A stretch of 64,000 bases of DNA from an uncultured Clostridia bacterium (GTDB lineage: Bacteria > Bacillota > Clostridia > Christensenellales > UBA1242), in contig CANRDW010000001.1 in the NCBI GenBank assembly GCA_947629505.1, forward strand, positions 7,750 through 71,749, in the 5' to 3' direction. Positions within the stretch are counted from its first letter, which is position 1. Each line of letters begins with the position of its first letter. A program made the translations under genes and the position numbers. Under the pieces are notes generated by a model that saw only the letters and a program-made list of their open reading frames with translations, did no database searches and was not told the DNA's origin. This document shows positions 28,119-36,413 of this stretch, one piece after another.

Positions 28119-29209
28119 GCGTCCAAGCCAAGCATGGCAGTAAGGCAAGTTGTCTCAAGTAGTAATCTAACTGAAAGTGTGTATCTAAGTTCGCTTTCAG
28201 CGCTTGAAAACACTTGCATATATCTGATAAGGTCTTTTTCTTCAAACTTCTCCGATTGTGACTTATACATTTGAAAGACATCGTCTGTCAAGTTTAAAAT
28301 CTCTTCTGCGTTTTTACAAGACTTGCAAACAAGCAAATTTCTTGAATGTTTTGAAAGGTCCTTTGCAAAAACAGCAAGATTTTTGCCCTCTTTTTCAATC
28401 TCGTCAATAAGAGCAAGCACTCCGCCAACATCTTTTTCGTTTATCTTGTCAAAAAAGTTGATGATAAGGTCGTGGTCGGTTGTGCCCAAAACTTGTAAAG
28501 TCTTTTCTTTTGTAATGTTGCCCTGGCAATATGACGCAATGCTGTCAGCAATTGAAAGCGTGTCTCTCACACTGCCCTCGCCCGCACTTGCAATGATTTT
28601 CAAACTCTCTTCATCATATGAAATCTTTTCTTTGTCAAAGATTTTTGCAAGATGTTTTGAAAGTTCGTCCACACTTACAAGCCTGAAATCAAATCTCACG
28701 CAGCGCGAAAGGATTGTCTGTGGCAGTTTGTGAACTTCGGTTGTTGCAAGAATGAAAATGACATGTGCAGGTGGCTCTTCCAACGTTTTTAAAAGTGCGT
28801 TGAATGCCGAATCGGTGAGCATATGCACTTCGTCCACAATATAAACTTTATATTTTGCCCCAACAGGCGCAAAACGAACTTTTTCACGAATGTTTCTTAT
28901 GTCATCAACTTTGTTGTTGGATGCTGCATCCATTTCAATGATATTGATGTCATTTTCTTGCTCTAAGCGTTTGCAGTTTTCACATTCGCCGCACGCCGAG
29001 CCATGCACAGGGTTAAGGCAGTTCACAGCGCGTGCAAAAATCTTTGCAACACTTGTCTTGCCCGTTCCGCGTGTGCCTGTGAAAAGATATGCGTGTCCAA
29101 CTTGCCCATTCATGATTTGATTTTGCAGTGTTTTTGTGATGTGTTCCTGCCCAATCACTTCGTCAAAGGTTTTTGGACGATATTTTCTGTAAAGTGCGAT
29201 ATGTTCCAT
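28106..29209 (-). CDS. dnaX: DNA polymerase III subunit gamma/tau, zero-frame product (367 aa)
   Basis: HAYLFTGTRGTGKTS (Walker A), zinc module CGECENC, VYIVDEVHML, SRC motif LSRCVRFDF. The zero frame stops (AAC TGA) right after the A9 tract. Confidence 0.9.
   Translation of the reverse strand: MEHIALYRKYRPKTFDEVIGQEHITKTLQNQIMNGQVGHAYLFTGTRGTGKTSVAKIFARAVNCLNPVHGSACGECENCKRLEQENDINIIEMDAASNNKVDDIRNIREKVRFAPVGAKYKVYIVDEVHMLTDSAFNALLKTLEEPPAHVIFILATTEVHKLPQTILSRCVRFDFRLVSVDELSKHLAKIFDKEKISYDEESLKIIASAGEGSVRDTLSIADSIASYCQGNITKEKTLQVLGTTDHDLIINFFDKINEKDVGGVLALIDEIEKEGKNLAVFAKDLSKHSRNLLVCKSCKNAEEILNLTDDVFQMYKSQSEKFEEKDLIRYMQVFSSAESELRYTLSVRLLLETTCLTAMLGLDAKKN
28110..28118 (-). repeat. A9 homopolymer (T9 on the given strand) at the dnaX frame junction
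   Basis: Read directly: ...GAC GCA AAA AAA AAC TGA. Confidence 0.95.
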
Positions 29210-29217
29210 GCTCTCCC

Positions 29218-29967
29218 CTAATAATTTTCTCTTGCGATAACTGAAAAGTTGTCAACATTCAAACTTGCGCCGCCGATAAGTGCGCCATTTATTGCCTCGT
29301 TTGAAATGATGTTTTTGTAGTTGCTTATGTTCACGCTGCCGCCATACAAGACATTGATGTTTTGTGCTGCCTTTGCGGAAAATTGATTTTCAATCTCTTT
29401 GCGAATGACTTCCACCATTTTGGTGATGTCTTTTTTCGTTGCAACCTTGCCTGTGCCGATTGCCCAAACAGGTTCATATGCAATCACAACCCCTTCAAGT
29501 TCGTTTTCATACATCCCTTTAAGGTCGTCATCTATCTGTTTTCTGACAAATGCAGCGGCTTGTTTGCTTTCACGAATTTGCAAACTTTCGCCCACACACA
29601 AAATCACTTTAAGCCCGTTTGCAAGTGCAGTTTTTATTTTTTTGTTGATAAGGCGGTCTGTTTCTTTGAATTTAGCGCGTCTTTCACTGTGCCCGACAAT
29701 GACATAACTTGCGCCCAAATCTTTTATCATCTTTGCACTCACTTCGCCTGTGAACGCGCCCGCTTCTTCTTCACAAATATTTTGAGCGCCATATTCAACA
29801 TCACTGCCGCTTAAAATCTCTTTTGCAACTGACAGATGTGTGAAAGGTGGACAAACAACAACATCGTTTTTAGAGCCCTTGCATTTTGTTGCAAGTGTAA
29901 TGGAATATTCCTTAAACTCTTTTGGCGTTGTGTTCATTTTGAAATTTCCAATGATAAGTTTGTTCAT
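29218..29967 (-). CDS. tpiA: triose-phosphate isomerase
   Basis: IIGNFKMN..., VIVGHSERR, AYEPVWAIGTG motifs. Confidence 0.95.
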   Translation of the reverse strand: MNKLIIGNFKMNTTPKEFKEYSITLATKCKGSKNDVVVCPPFTHLSVAKEILSGSDVEYGAQNICEEEAGAFTGEVSAKMIKDLGASYVIVGHSERRAKFKETDRLINKKIKTALANGLKVILCVGESLQIRESKQAAAFVRKQIDDDLKGMYENELEGVVIAYEPVWAIGTGKVATKKDITKMVEVIRKEIENQFSAKAAQNINVLYGGSVNISNYKNIISNEAINGALIGGASLNVDNFSVIARENY

Positions 29968-29979
29968 TTCTTCTCCTTT

Positions 29980-31146
29980 TTAAAGTGTGTCAATAACTTC
30001 AATTGCCGGCAAAACTTTCCCTTCCATAAGTTTTAAACTTGCGCCACCACCGGTCGAAAGATGGTTGATTTTGTCGGCATAGCCACTTGCCTGAACAGCG
30101 CTGACGCTATCTCCGCCGCCAACAACACTGTAAGCCCCAGATTTTGCCACGGCTTTAACCATTTTCATTGTGCCTTTTCTAAAGCGTGGATCTTCATATT
30201 TCCCAAGCGGACCATTCCACATAATGCGTTTTGCAGAAGCGATTTCTTTCTGAAAAAGTTTGATTGTCTTTGGCCCAATGTCAAGTGCAGTCATTCCAGC
30301 GGACAGTTCTGTTGTTTTAATCACTTTGCCGTTTTGCAAAAGGGCAATATGGTCAACCGGCAACACAACTTTGACATTATTTTCTTTCGCTTTTTGCAAA
30401 ATGCGTTGTGCATCATCAATCATGTCAAGTGACACAATGGAGTCGCCAATATTTTGCCCAAGCGCCTGCAAAAAGGTGTATGCCATGCCGCCGCCAATTA
30501 TTATTGTATCCGCTTTTTCAACACAATTTTCAAGCAGAGCAATTTTATCTGAAACTTTTGCACCGCCAAGCATAACAACAAAAGGTTTATCCGTTTTTTG
30601 AAAGGCGGTGTCAAATGCTTTGAGTTCTTTTTCAATCAAAAAGCCAATTGCGTTTGGTTTTTTAAGTGCAACGCCATATGTTGAGGCGTGTTTTCTGTGA
30701 GTTGTGCCAAAAGCATCGTTGACATAGATGTCGGCAAGCTTGCCAAGTTCGGCAACAAATTTCGGGTCGTTTTTCTCTTCGCCCTCGCAAAAACGCAAAT
30801 TTTCAATAACTAAAATTTCGCCGTCTTTAAGTTCGTTTGCGGCTTTTTCAACTTCTTTGCCAACAACCTTGCCGATAAACTTCACTTTGTTTGGGAAGTA
30901 TTTCATAAGATAAACGGCAACAGGGAAAAGTGACAAAAATTTGTCATATCCCTTTGGACGTCCAAGATGCGAGCAGACTATTACGCGTGCGCCCTGCTCT
31001 GTGAGATATTGAAGAGTTGGAAGTTCTTGAAAAATACGGTTGTCATTTAAAATATCTCCCCAATGGTCGAGTGGGACATTAAAATCACAGCGAAGAAGAA
31101 TTTTCTTGCCTTTAATATTCTTTAAATCTCTGATCGTTCTTTTCAT
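29980..31146 (-). CDS. pgk: phosphoglycerate kinase
   Basis: LLRCDFNVPLD, ...VCSHLGRPKG, GGGDS motifs. Confidence 0.95.
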   Translation of the reverse strand: MKRTIRDLKNIKGKKILLRCDFNVPLDHWGDILNDNRIFQELPTLQYLTEQGARVIVCSHLGRPKGYDKFLSLFPVAVYLMKYFPNKVKFIGKVVGKEVEKAANELKDGEILVIENLRFCEGEEKNDPKFVAELGKLADIYVNDAFGTTHRKHASTYGVALKKPNAIGFLIEKELKAFDTAFQKTDKPFVVMLGGAKVSDKIALLENCVEKADTIIIGGGMAYTFLQALGQNIGDSIVSLDMIDDAQRILQKAKENNVKVVLPVDHIALLQNGKVIKTTELSAGMTALDIGPKTIKLFQKEIASAKRIMWNGPLGKYEDPRFRKGTMKMVKAVAKSGAYSVVGGGDSVSAVQASGYADKINHLSTGGGASLKLMEGKVLPAIEVIDTL

Positions 31147-31215
31147 ACAAACCCCTATAAGTTTAGTTTACAACAAATTGAAAAATATTCAAAGCATTTT
31201 TCAAACAAAACAGCG

Positions 31216-32124
31216 TTACTTTAAAAAAGCATCTTCTAAAAGCGCCAAACATTCATCAATATCTTCGCAGGTCGCAAGTTTTAATCTCAGCGCCGATGTT
31301 GTAGGCAGGTCGCAAGCATACCACAAAAGATGTTTTCTTATATATTTTTTAAGCCATTCTTCGTCAAAATGTTCGCGCAAACTACTGATATGAGTTTTTA
31401 TCGCTTGCATCTTGTCAACTTTCATATCAATCCCCTTTAAAGTGGCAAAAAGCCAAGGTCTGCCAAGAGCGCCGCGGCCAACCATAACCGCATCAACGCC
31501 CGTTTCTTTCATCTTTTTTAAACTTCCCACATCTTTCACATCGCCGTTGCCAATCACAGGAATGGAAAGTTTTGCCTTTAATGATGCGATTGCGTCATAG
31601 TCCGCAAAACCGCTGTAACCTTGCGCGACAGTCCTTGCGTGAAAGGTGACAAAATCTGCACCAGACTCTTCACACATCCTGCCAAATTCAAGAAAGTTTT
31701 GCGTTTTATGCCCTTTTCTGAATTTCACGGAAACAGGCTTGTCTGTGGCACTTTTCACCGCCGAGATTATTTTGCTTGCAAGCGGAAGATTGTCCATAAG
31801 TGCCCCACCCTCGCCATTTTTGATTATCTTTGGCGCTGGGCAGCCCATGTTGATGTCAAAACTGTCAAATTTTTCAAGAAGTGGGCTTAAAACAGCCCTT
31901 TTCATATATTCTTCTTCATGTCCGCAAATCTGCGCAATTTTAAGCTTCTCTTGCTCTGTGGTCAAGGTCATAAACTCTGTCTTTTTTGGATTGTGTGCCA
32001 TGGCGCGTGCTGAAAGCATTTCCGTGACAGTTCCGTCTGCGCCAAAAGAGGAAGCAACTGCCCGAAAGCCCACATCGCTGACCCCTGCCATAGGTGCAAG
32101 AAAGATTTTGTCTTTGATTTCCAT
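31216..32124 (-). CDS. dus: tRNA-dihydrouridine synthase
   Basis: LAPMAGVSDVGFR..., DINMGCPAPK, TIM-barrel Dus pattern. Confidence 0.9.
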   Translation of the reverse strand: MEIKDKIFLAPMAGVSDVGFRAVASSFGADGTVTEMLSARAMAHNPKKTEFMTLTTEQEKLKIAQICGHEEEYMKRAVLSPLLEKFDSFDINMGCPAPKIIKNGEGGALMDNLPLASKIISAVKSATDKPVSVKFRKGHKTQNFLEFGRMCEESGADFVTFHARTVAQGYSGFADYDAIASLKAKLSIPVIGNGDVKDVGSLKKMKETGVDAVMVGRGALGRPWLFATLKGIDMKVDKMQAIKTHISSLREHFDEEWLKKYIRKHLLWYACDLPTTSALRLKLATCEDIDECLALLEDAFLK

Positions 32125-32130
32125 AAGCCT

Positions 32131-32159
32131 ATTTTAACATAAAAGAAAAATCTGTGCAA
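32131..32159 (-). promoter_or_regulatory. promoter with leaderless geometry for dus
   Basis: TTGCAC (32159-32154), 17 nt, TGtTAAAAT (hexamer 32136-32131), 6 nt (aggctt), ATG 32124. No SD. Confidence 0.45.
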
Positions 32160-32172
32160 GAATAACACAGAT
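32141..32172 (-). terminator. rplI terminator (overlaps the dus promoter)
   Basis: ATCTGTG(ttattcttg)CACAGAT followed by UUUUCUUUU. Confidence 0.6.
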
Positions 32173-32188
32173 TTTAAATTAAAACTTT

Positions 32189-32632
32189 TTAAAGCGCCTC
32201 AACATTGACAACAAATTTTGCGGAAACTTCTGGATAGACTTTTGCAACAAGGTTGTATGCACCCACCGCCTTGATAGGCTCTTTCAACTCGATTTTTTTC
32301 TTATCCAAAACAATGCCAAGTTTTTCAAGTTCGTCACTTATCTCTTTGCTTGAAACACTGCCAAAAGTCTTTCCATTTTCGCCGCATTTGATTTTAAGTG
32401 TGATCGTTTTGCCCTCAATCTTCTTTGCAAGTTCTTTCGCAGCCAAAAATTCTTGCTGTTTGTGATAAGCCTGTGCATCCTTTTGTATTTTATTTTCACT
32501 CAATGCGCTGTTGTCCGCAAGCCTTGCATAGCCGCCTTTAAGCAAAAAGTTTTTCGCAAATCCGTCTGCAACTTCTTTAACTTCGCCCTTTTTGCCCGTG
32601 CCTTTCACATCTTTAAGTAAAACAACTCTCAT
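32189..32632 (-). CDS. rplI: 50S ribosomal protein L9
   Basis: [30 protein letters not shown].... TTGACA-18-TAAACT promoter and AAAGGGGAAG RBS. Confidence 0.9.
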   Translation of the reverse strand: MRVVLLKDVKGTGKKGEVKEVADGFAKNFLLKGGYARLADNSALSENKIQKDAQAYHKQQEFLAAKELAKKIEGKTITLKIKCGENGKTFGSVSSKEISDELEKLGIVLDKKKIELKEPIKAVGAYNLVAKVYPEVSAKFVVNVEAL

Positions 32633-32713
32633 ACTCTTCCCCTTTGGAACAAGTTTACAACAAATTTGTTTGTTTTGTCAAGATTTGGCAACAATTATCT
32701 CAAGGAGAAGAAA

Positions 32714-33025
32714 ATGGATATAAGATGCCGCAAAACAACCTGCAAATTCAACGACCGTTACACCTGCAAAGCCAGAGAGATTTTGATTAAAAAAAGTTTG
32801 GAGTGTTCACAATATGTGAAATCTGATAAACCCGTTGACGACAAGACAAAAAAGATTTTTTCTGACACTCCGCCCGTGTATGCCCCGCAGCGCGACTCGG
32901 CAACGATTGTGATTGACTGCAAAGCGCACTGCCTTTTCAATCAAGATGGCAAGTGTGTGGCAAACGGCATAACTTTAAACGATTTGAAAGAAAAGCCACT
33001 TTGCGTGACTTTTTTAAGAGAGTGA
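32714..33025 (+). CDS. Cys-rich DUF1540-like protein
   Basis: Two copies of a C..(T)C.(F)N....C.A..I pattern (IRCRKTTCKFNDRYTCKAREI and IDCKAHCLFNQDGKCVANGI). ATG 32714 has an AAGGAGAAG RBS. Confidence 0.6.
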   Translation: MDIRCRKTTCKFNDRYTCKAREILIKKSLECSQYVKSDKPVDDKTKKIFSDTPPVYAPQRDSATIVIDCKAHCLFNQDGKCVANGITLNDLKEKPLCVTFLRE

Positions 33026-33187
33026 TTTTCTTTTAAGCGCACTGTAATTGCAGCTTAAAATCGTGGAAAGCGAACATGAAATTTGATTGATAAGGTTTCT
33101 CAAATCCTCGATTTCTTCCACACTCAGCCCCTTTGCAAGTTCCACGGCAATAGATGTTGCAAACAGCACTTTTTCTTCATTTGTCAT
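33014..33187 (-). CDS. possible small protein (57 aa), below the track cutoff
   Basis: MTNEEKVLFATSIAVELAKGLSVEEIEDLRNLINQISCSLSTILSCNYSALKRKSLS. No SD. Overlaps the DUF1540-like 3' end by 12 nt. Confidence 0.3.
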   Translation of the reverse strand: MTNEEKVLFATSIAVELAKGLSVEEIEDLRNLINQISCSLSTILSCNYSALKRKSLS

Positions 33188-33196
33188 GTGTTTTTA

Positions 33197-33223
33197 TATT
33201 AAAAAAGCACAAAAATTGTGCTT
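33197..33223 (-). terminator. rsmA terminator
   Basis: AAGCACAA(ttt)TTGTGCTT followed by a short U-run. The stem touches the stop codon. Confidence 0.5.
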
Positions 33224-33999
33224 TAATAAAGTTTTTTATACATATCCAAAAATTCTTCAAGTGTAAGCGTTTCTGCACGTCTTTTCAAAAATTCTTCGCC
33301 AAATTTTTCGACTAAACTTTGCTTTGAAAACATCCCGCCAAGATTGTTTAAAAGAGTTTTGCGGCGCATTGAAAAGCATTGTTTTACAAGTTTTGAAAAC
33401 TTTGCTTTGTCAACATCTTTGTGTTTGTTTTCAAGTTTTATATTCACAAGTGCGCTGTCAACATTTGGCGCAGGATAAAACATCTGCCTGCCGATCGTTC
33501 GTGTGATTTTTGGCGTGCCATAAAAATTTGTCATAACCGTCAAAACGCCATAGTCCTTGCCGCCCGCACTTGCACAAAGCCTCTCGGCGACTTCTTTTTG
33601 CACCATGATTGTAAGGCTTGACACCTTTTCGCTTTCTTCAAAAAGTTTGAAAATGATTGGAGTGGTGATGTAATAAGGCAGATTTGCCACAACATGAAAT
33701 TTGCCATCAAACTTTTCTTCAACTTCGCCCATAGGAATTTTCATAAAATCGGCAAAAACAAACTCCACATTTTTCAGTTCAAGCCCCGTCAAAACGGGCA
33801 TGAGGTCACTGTCAATCTCAAAAGCAACAACTTTTTTGCACGCTTTTGAGAGTTCTTGCGTCAAACTGCCCGCGCCCGCGCCAATCTCCAAAACTTCGTC
33901 TTTTTTGGAAACGCCCGCATCTGTGACGATTGCCGACAGAAGATTTTTGTCAGATATAAAGTTTTGCCCAAACTTTTTTTTGAAATTAAACTCGCTCAT
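33223..33999 (-). CDS. rsmA: 16S rRNA (adenine1518/1519-N6)-dimethyltransferase
   Basis: KKFGQNFISDKNLL..., VLEIGAGAGSLT (SAM motif), NLPYYITTPI. Confidence 0.95.
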   Translation of the reverse strand: MSEFNFKKKFGQNFISDKNLLSAIVTDAGVSKKDEVLEIGAGAGSLTQELSKACKKVVAFEIDSDLMPVLTGLELKNVEFVFADFMKIPMGEVEEKFDGKFHVVANLPYYITTPIIFKLFEESEKVSSLTIMVQKEVAERLCASAGGKDYGVLTVMTNFYGTPKITRTIGRQMFYPAPNVDSALVNIKLENKHKDVDKAKFSKLVKQCFSMRRKTLLNNLGGMFSKQSLVEKFGEEFLKRRAETLTLEEFLDMYKKLY

Positions 34000-34772
34000 A
34001 TTTTAAACAACCTTTTTGCATTTTGAGTTGTCACGGAAACAACCTCTTCATAACTTGTGTTTTTAAGTTTTGCAATCTTGTCCGCAACATATTTGACATT
34101 TTGCGGCTCATTTCTAGTGCCGCGGAAAGGCTCTGGCGCAAGATAAGGGCAGTCCGTTTCAAGCATGATTTTCTCAAGCGGCAGATTTGCCACAACTTCT
34201 TGCACGTTTCTTGCATTTTTAAAGGTTGTCACGCCGCCAAAGGAAAAAGAAAAGCCAAGTTTCAAAAGTTGTTGCGCGCTTTCCAAACTTCCGCTGTAAC
34301 AGTGCAGCAAACTTTCCCTTTTCGGCGTGTGCTTCTGTAAAATTTGAAGCGTGTCGCCCATGGCGTCACGGCTGTGCACCACAATCGGCAAATTCAACTT
34401 GTTTGCAAGGTCAATTTGCAAAATAAACGCATTTTTTTGCAATTTTTTCTGTCTTTCAACTTCTTCCGGCTGCAAATCTTTCAAATAGAAATAGTCCAGC
34501 CCAATCTCGCCGATTGCCACAACTTTTTCATTTTTGGCGAGTTTTTCAACTTCAATTAAGTCGAAATTTTCAACATCTTCTGGATGCACCCCAACTGTGC
34601 AATAGACAAAATCGCACTTCTTTGCAAGATTGACGCTGTTTTTTGACGATGAAATATCCGAACTTGCACAGATGACAAATTCGAGTTCGTTTTCAATTCT
34701 TTCAAGCACACTTTCTCTGTCGGCGTCAAATCTTTCGTCACAAAGGTGTGCATGCACATCCACCGGTTTCAT
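33996..34772 (-). CDS. TatD family metal-dependent hydrolase
   Basis: VDVHAHL..., IGEIGLDY, VVHSRDA, ETDCPYL motifs. ATGA overlap with rsmA. Confidence 0.9.
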   Translation of the reverse strand: MKPVDVHAHLCDERFDADRESVLERIENELEFVICASSDISSSKNSVNLAKKCDFVYCTVGVHPEDVENFDLIEVEKLAKNEKVVAIGEIGLDYFYLKDLQPEEVERQKKLQKNAFILQIDLANKLNLPIVVHSRDAMGDTLQILQKHTPKRESLLHCYSGSLESAQQLLKLGFSFSFGGVTTFKNARNVQEVVANLPLEKIMLETDCPYLAPEPFRGTRNEPQNVKYVADKIAKLKNTSYEEVVSVTTQNAKRLFKI

Positions 34773-34778
34773 GCAGTT

Positions 34779-34807
34779 AGTTTAGCAAAACGCCGCCAAA
34801 AAGTCAA
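34779..34807 (-). promoter_or_regulatory. promoter with leaderless geometry for tatD
   Basis: TTGACT (34807-34802), 17 nt, TAAACT (34784-34779), 6 nt (aactgc), ATG 34772. No SD. Confidence 0.45.
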
Positions 34808-34858
34808 TCAAAACGCTGTTTTACTCATTTTTTCGCCAAATTTTGCATATATAATGCC

Positions 34859-35422
34859 ATGAACTTCTTTTGGACGATGATGATGCTTTTAAGCATGCTT
34901 GTGCTTTTGATTTTAAATCCAAGCGAACTTTTAAGCGAAATGCTTGCCGCATCCACTGACGCGCTGGAACTGTGCATTGAACTTTGCGCAATCTACGCCG
35001 TGTGGCTGGGCTTTATGGAACTTGTGGATGCAAGCGGAATTGGCGAAAAGCTTGCGCATTTTTTAAGCCCGCTTATCAGAAAAATTTTCAAAGTGGAAGA
35101 TAAGACAACTCAAAAACTCATCGCAATGAATGTGTCCGCCAACATGCTTGGCCTTGGAAATGCCTCCACGCCCATGGGAATAAAAGCAATGCAGGCGCTG
35201 GATGACGGCTCGGGAAAAGCGAATTTTGCCATGATTATGCTGATTGTAGTCAACGCAACATCCATTCAACTTTTGCCAACAACGGTGATTGGGCTTCGCA
35301 CAGCGGCAGGCTCGACAAGTGCGTCCGACATAATTTTGCCAACACTTATCTCCACTTTTGTCACAACGTTTTTGGGGATTTTGCTTGTTAAACTCATCAG
35401 CAAAGTGAGGCGCAAAAGATGA
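34859..35422 (+). CDS. spmA: spore maturation protein A (nucleoside-recognition/Gate domain membrane protein)
   Basis: 187 aa membrane protein. Typical SpmA start M..FW..MMLLS. Paired and overlapping with spmB. Confidence 0.8.
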   Translation: MNFFWTMMMLLSMLVLLILNPSELLSEMLAASTDALELCIELCAIYAVWLGFMELVDASGIGEKLAHFLSPLIRKIFKVEDKTTQKLIAMNVSANMLGLGNASTPMGIKAMQALDDGSGKANFAMIMLIVVNATSIQLLPTTVIGLRTAAGSTSASDIILPTLISTFVTTFLGILLVKLISKVRRKR

Positions 35423-35928
35423 TTGATGTTTACATTTTGCCGATTTTGTTTATTTTGATTTTCATCTATTGCCTTTTCAAGAAAATTAACACCTATGACA
35501 CCTTTGTCAAAGGTGCAAAGGGTGCAATCAAACTTGTGGTGGAAATTTTTCCATATATTGCAACAATTTTGATTGCCACAACACTTTTGCGCGTGAGCGG
35601 AATCACAACCTTTCTCACACAAATTCTCTCACCCGTATTCACCGCACTTGGCGTGCCATCCGAACTTGTGGAATTGGTGCTACTTCGCCCGTTCACGGGC
35701 AGCGGGAGTTATGGGATTTTGGAAAACATTTTCACGCAGTATGGGGCGGACAGTTACATCAGCCGTTGCGCGTGCGTGATTATGGGCTGCAGTGAAACAA
35801 TTTTCTATGTCGCAACCGTGTATATAAGTCAAACAAAAGTTAAAAAACTGTTGTATGCCATCCCCGTGGCGCTCGTTTGCAGTTTTGTGGGCACAATTGT
35901 GGCGTGCCTGCTGTGTAAAATCATGTAA
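35419..35928 (+). CDS. spmB: spore maturation protein B
   Basis: 169 aa membrane protein. ATGA overlap with spmA. RPFTGSGSYGIL motif. Confidence 0.8.
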   Translation: MIDVYILPILFILIFIYCLFKKINTYDTFVKGAKGAIKLVVEIFPYIATILIATTLLRVSGITTFLTQILSPVFTALGVPSELVELVLLRPFTGSGSYGILENIFTQYGADSYISRCACVIMGCSETIFYVATVYISQTKVKKLLYAIPVALVCSFVGTIVACLLCKIM

Positions 35929-35946
35929 AAATTTTAAAAACACCCC

Positions 35947-35975
35947 TTGACAAAGGTTTTTTTTAGATATAAAAT
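35947..35975 (+). promoter_or_regulatory. promoter with leaderless geometry for the ankyrin gene
   Basis: TTGACA (35947-35952), 17 nt, TAAAAT (35970-35975), 6 nt (atttat), ATG 35982. No SD. Confidence 0.5.
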
Positions 35976-35981
35976 ATTTAT

Positions 35982-36311
35982 ATGGAAAAAGGAATCACCA
36001 CTGTAAAGAAAACCAAAAAACCAAACGCTTGCAGGTTTTTGTTTGCTTGTATGTTGGGTGAATGCGCCAAAATTGCGGACTATATTGAGTTGGGCGGAGA
36101 TATCAATGTCACATCCACAGTCACAAAAAAATCTGGGCTTATCTACGCTTTGGAAAACAAAAAATACACCGCCGCTTCACTTTTGATACATTGCGGAATT
36201 GATTTGACATTAAAGGACAAGAAAAACAAAACGGCAATGGATTATGCAGACGATGTTTTTAAAGAACTCATGCAACAAGAAGTGGCATACAGAAATAAAG
36301 TAAAAGGCTGA
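35982..36311 (+). CDS. ankyrin-repeat protein (109 aa, two ANK repeats)
   Basis: LFACMLGECAKIADYIELGGDINV and SGLIYALENKKYTAASLLIHCGIDLTLKDKKNKTAMDYA fit the ANK consensus. Confidence 0.75.
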   Translation: MEKGITTVKKTKKPNACRFLFACMLGECAKIADYIELGGDINVTSTVTKKSGLIYALENKKYTAASLLIHCGIDLTLKDKKNKTAMDYADDVFKELMQQEVAYRNKVKG

Positions 36312-36330
36312 AATTTCAGTCTTTTTTTTA
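36306..36330 (+). terminator. rho-independent terminator
   Basis: GGCTGAAATTTCAGTC then T8. Overlaps the stop codon. Confidence 0.7.
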
Positions 36331-36361
36331 TCACACTTTTTTAATATTTTTTAAAAACCAC

Positions 36362-36390
36362 TTGACAATTACCCCCCCCCGTGTTATGAT
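36362..36390 (+). promoter_or_regulatory. consensus promoter of the WG-like repeat gene with a C9 tract in the spacer
   Basis: TTGACA (36362-36367), 17-nt spacer attaCCCCCCCCCgtgt, TGtTATGAT (hexamer 36385-36390). AAGGGGGA RBS. ATG 36414. Confidence 0.55.
36372..36380 (+). repeat. C9 homopolymer
   Basis: Read directly. It is the only long C/G homopolymer I saw in the window. Confidence 0.95.
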
Positions 36391-36413
36391 AAGGGTAATT
36401 AAGGGGGAATATT

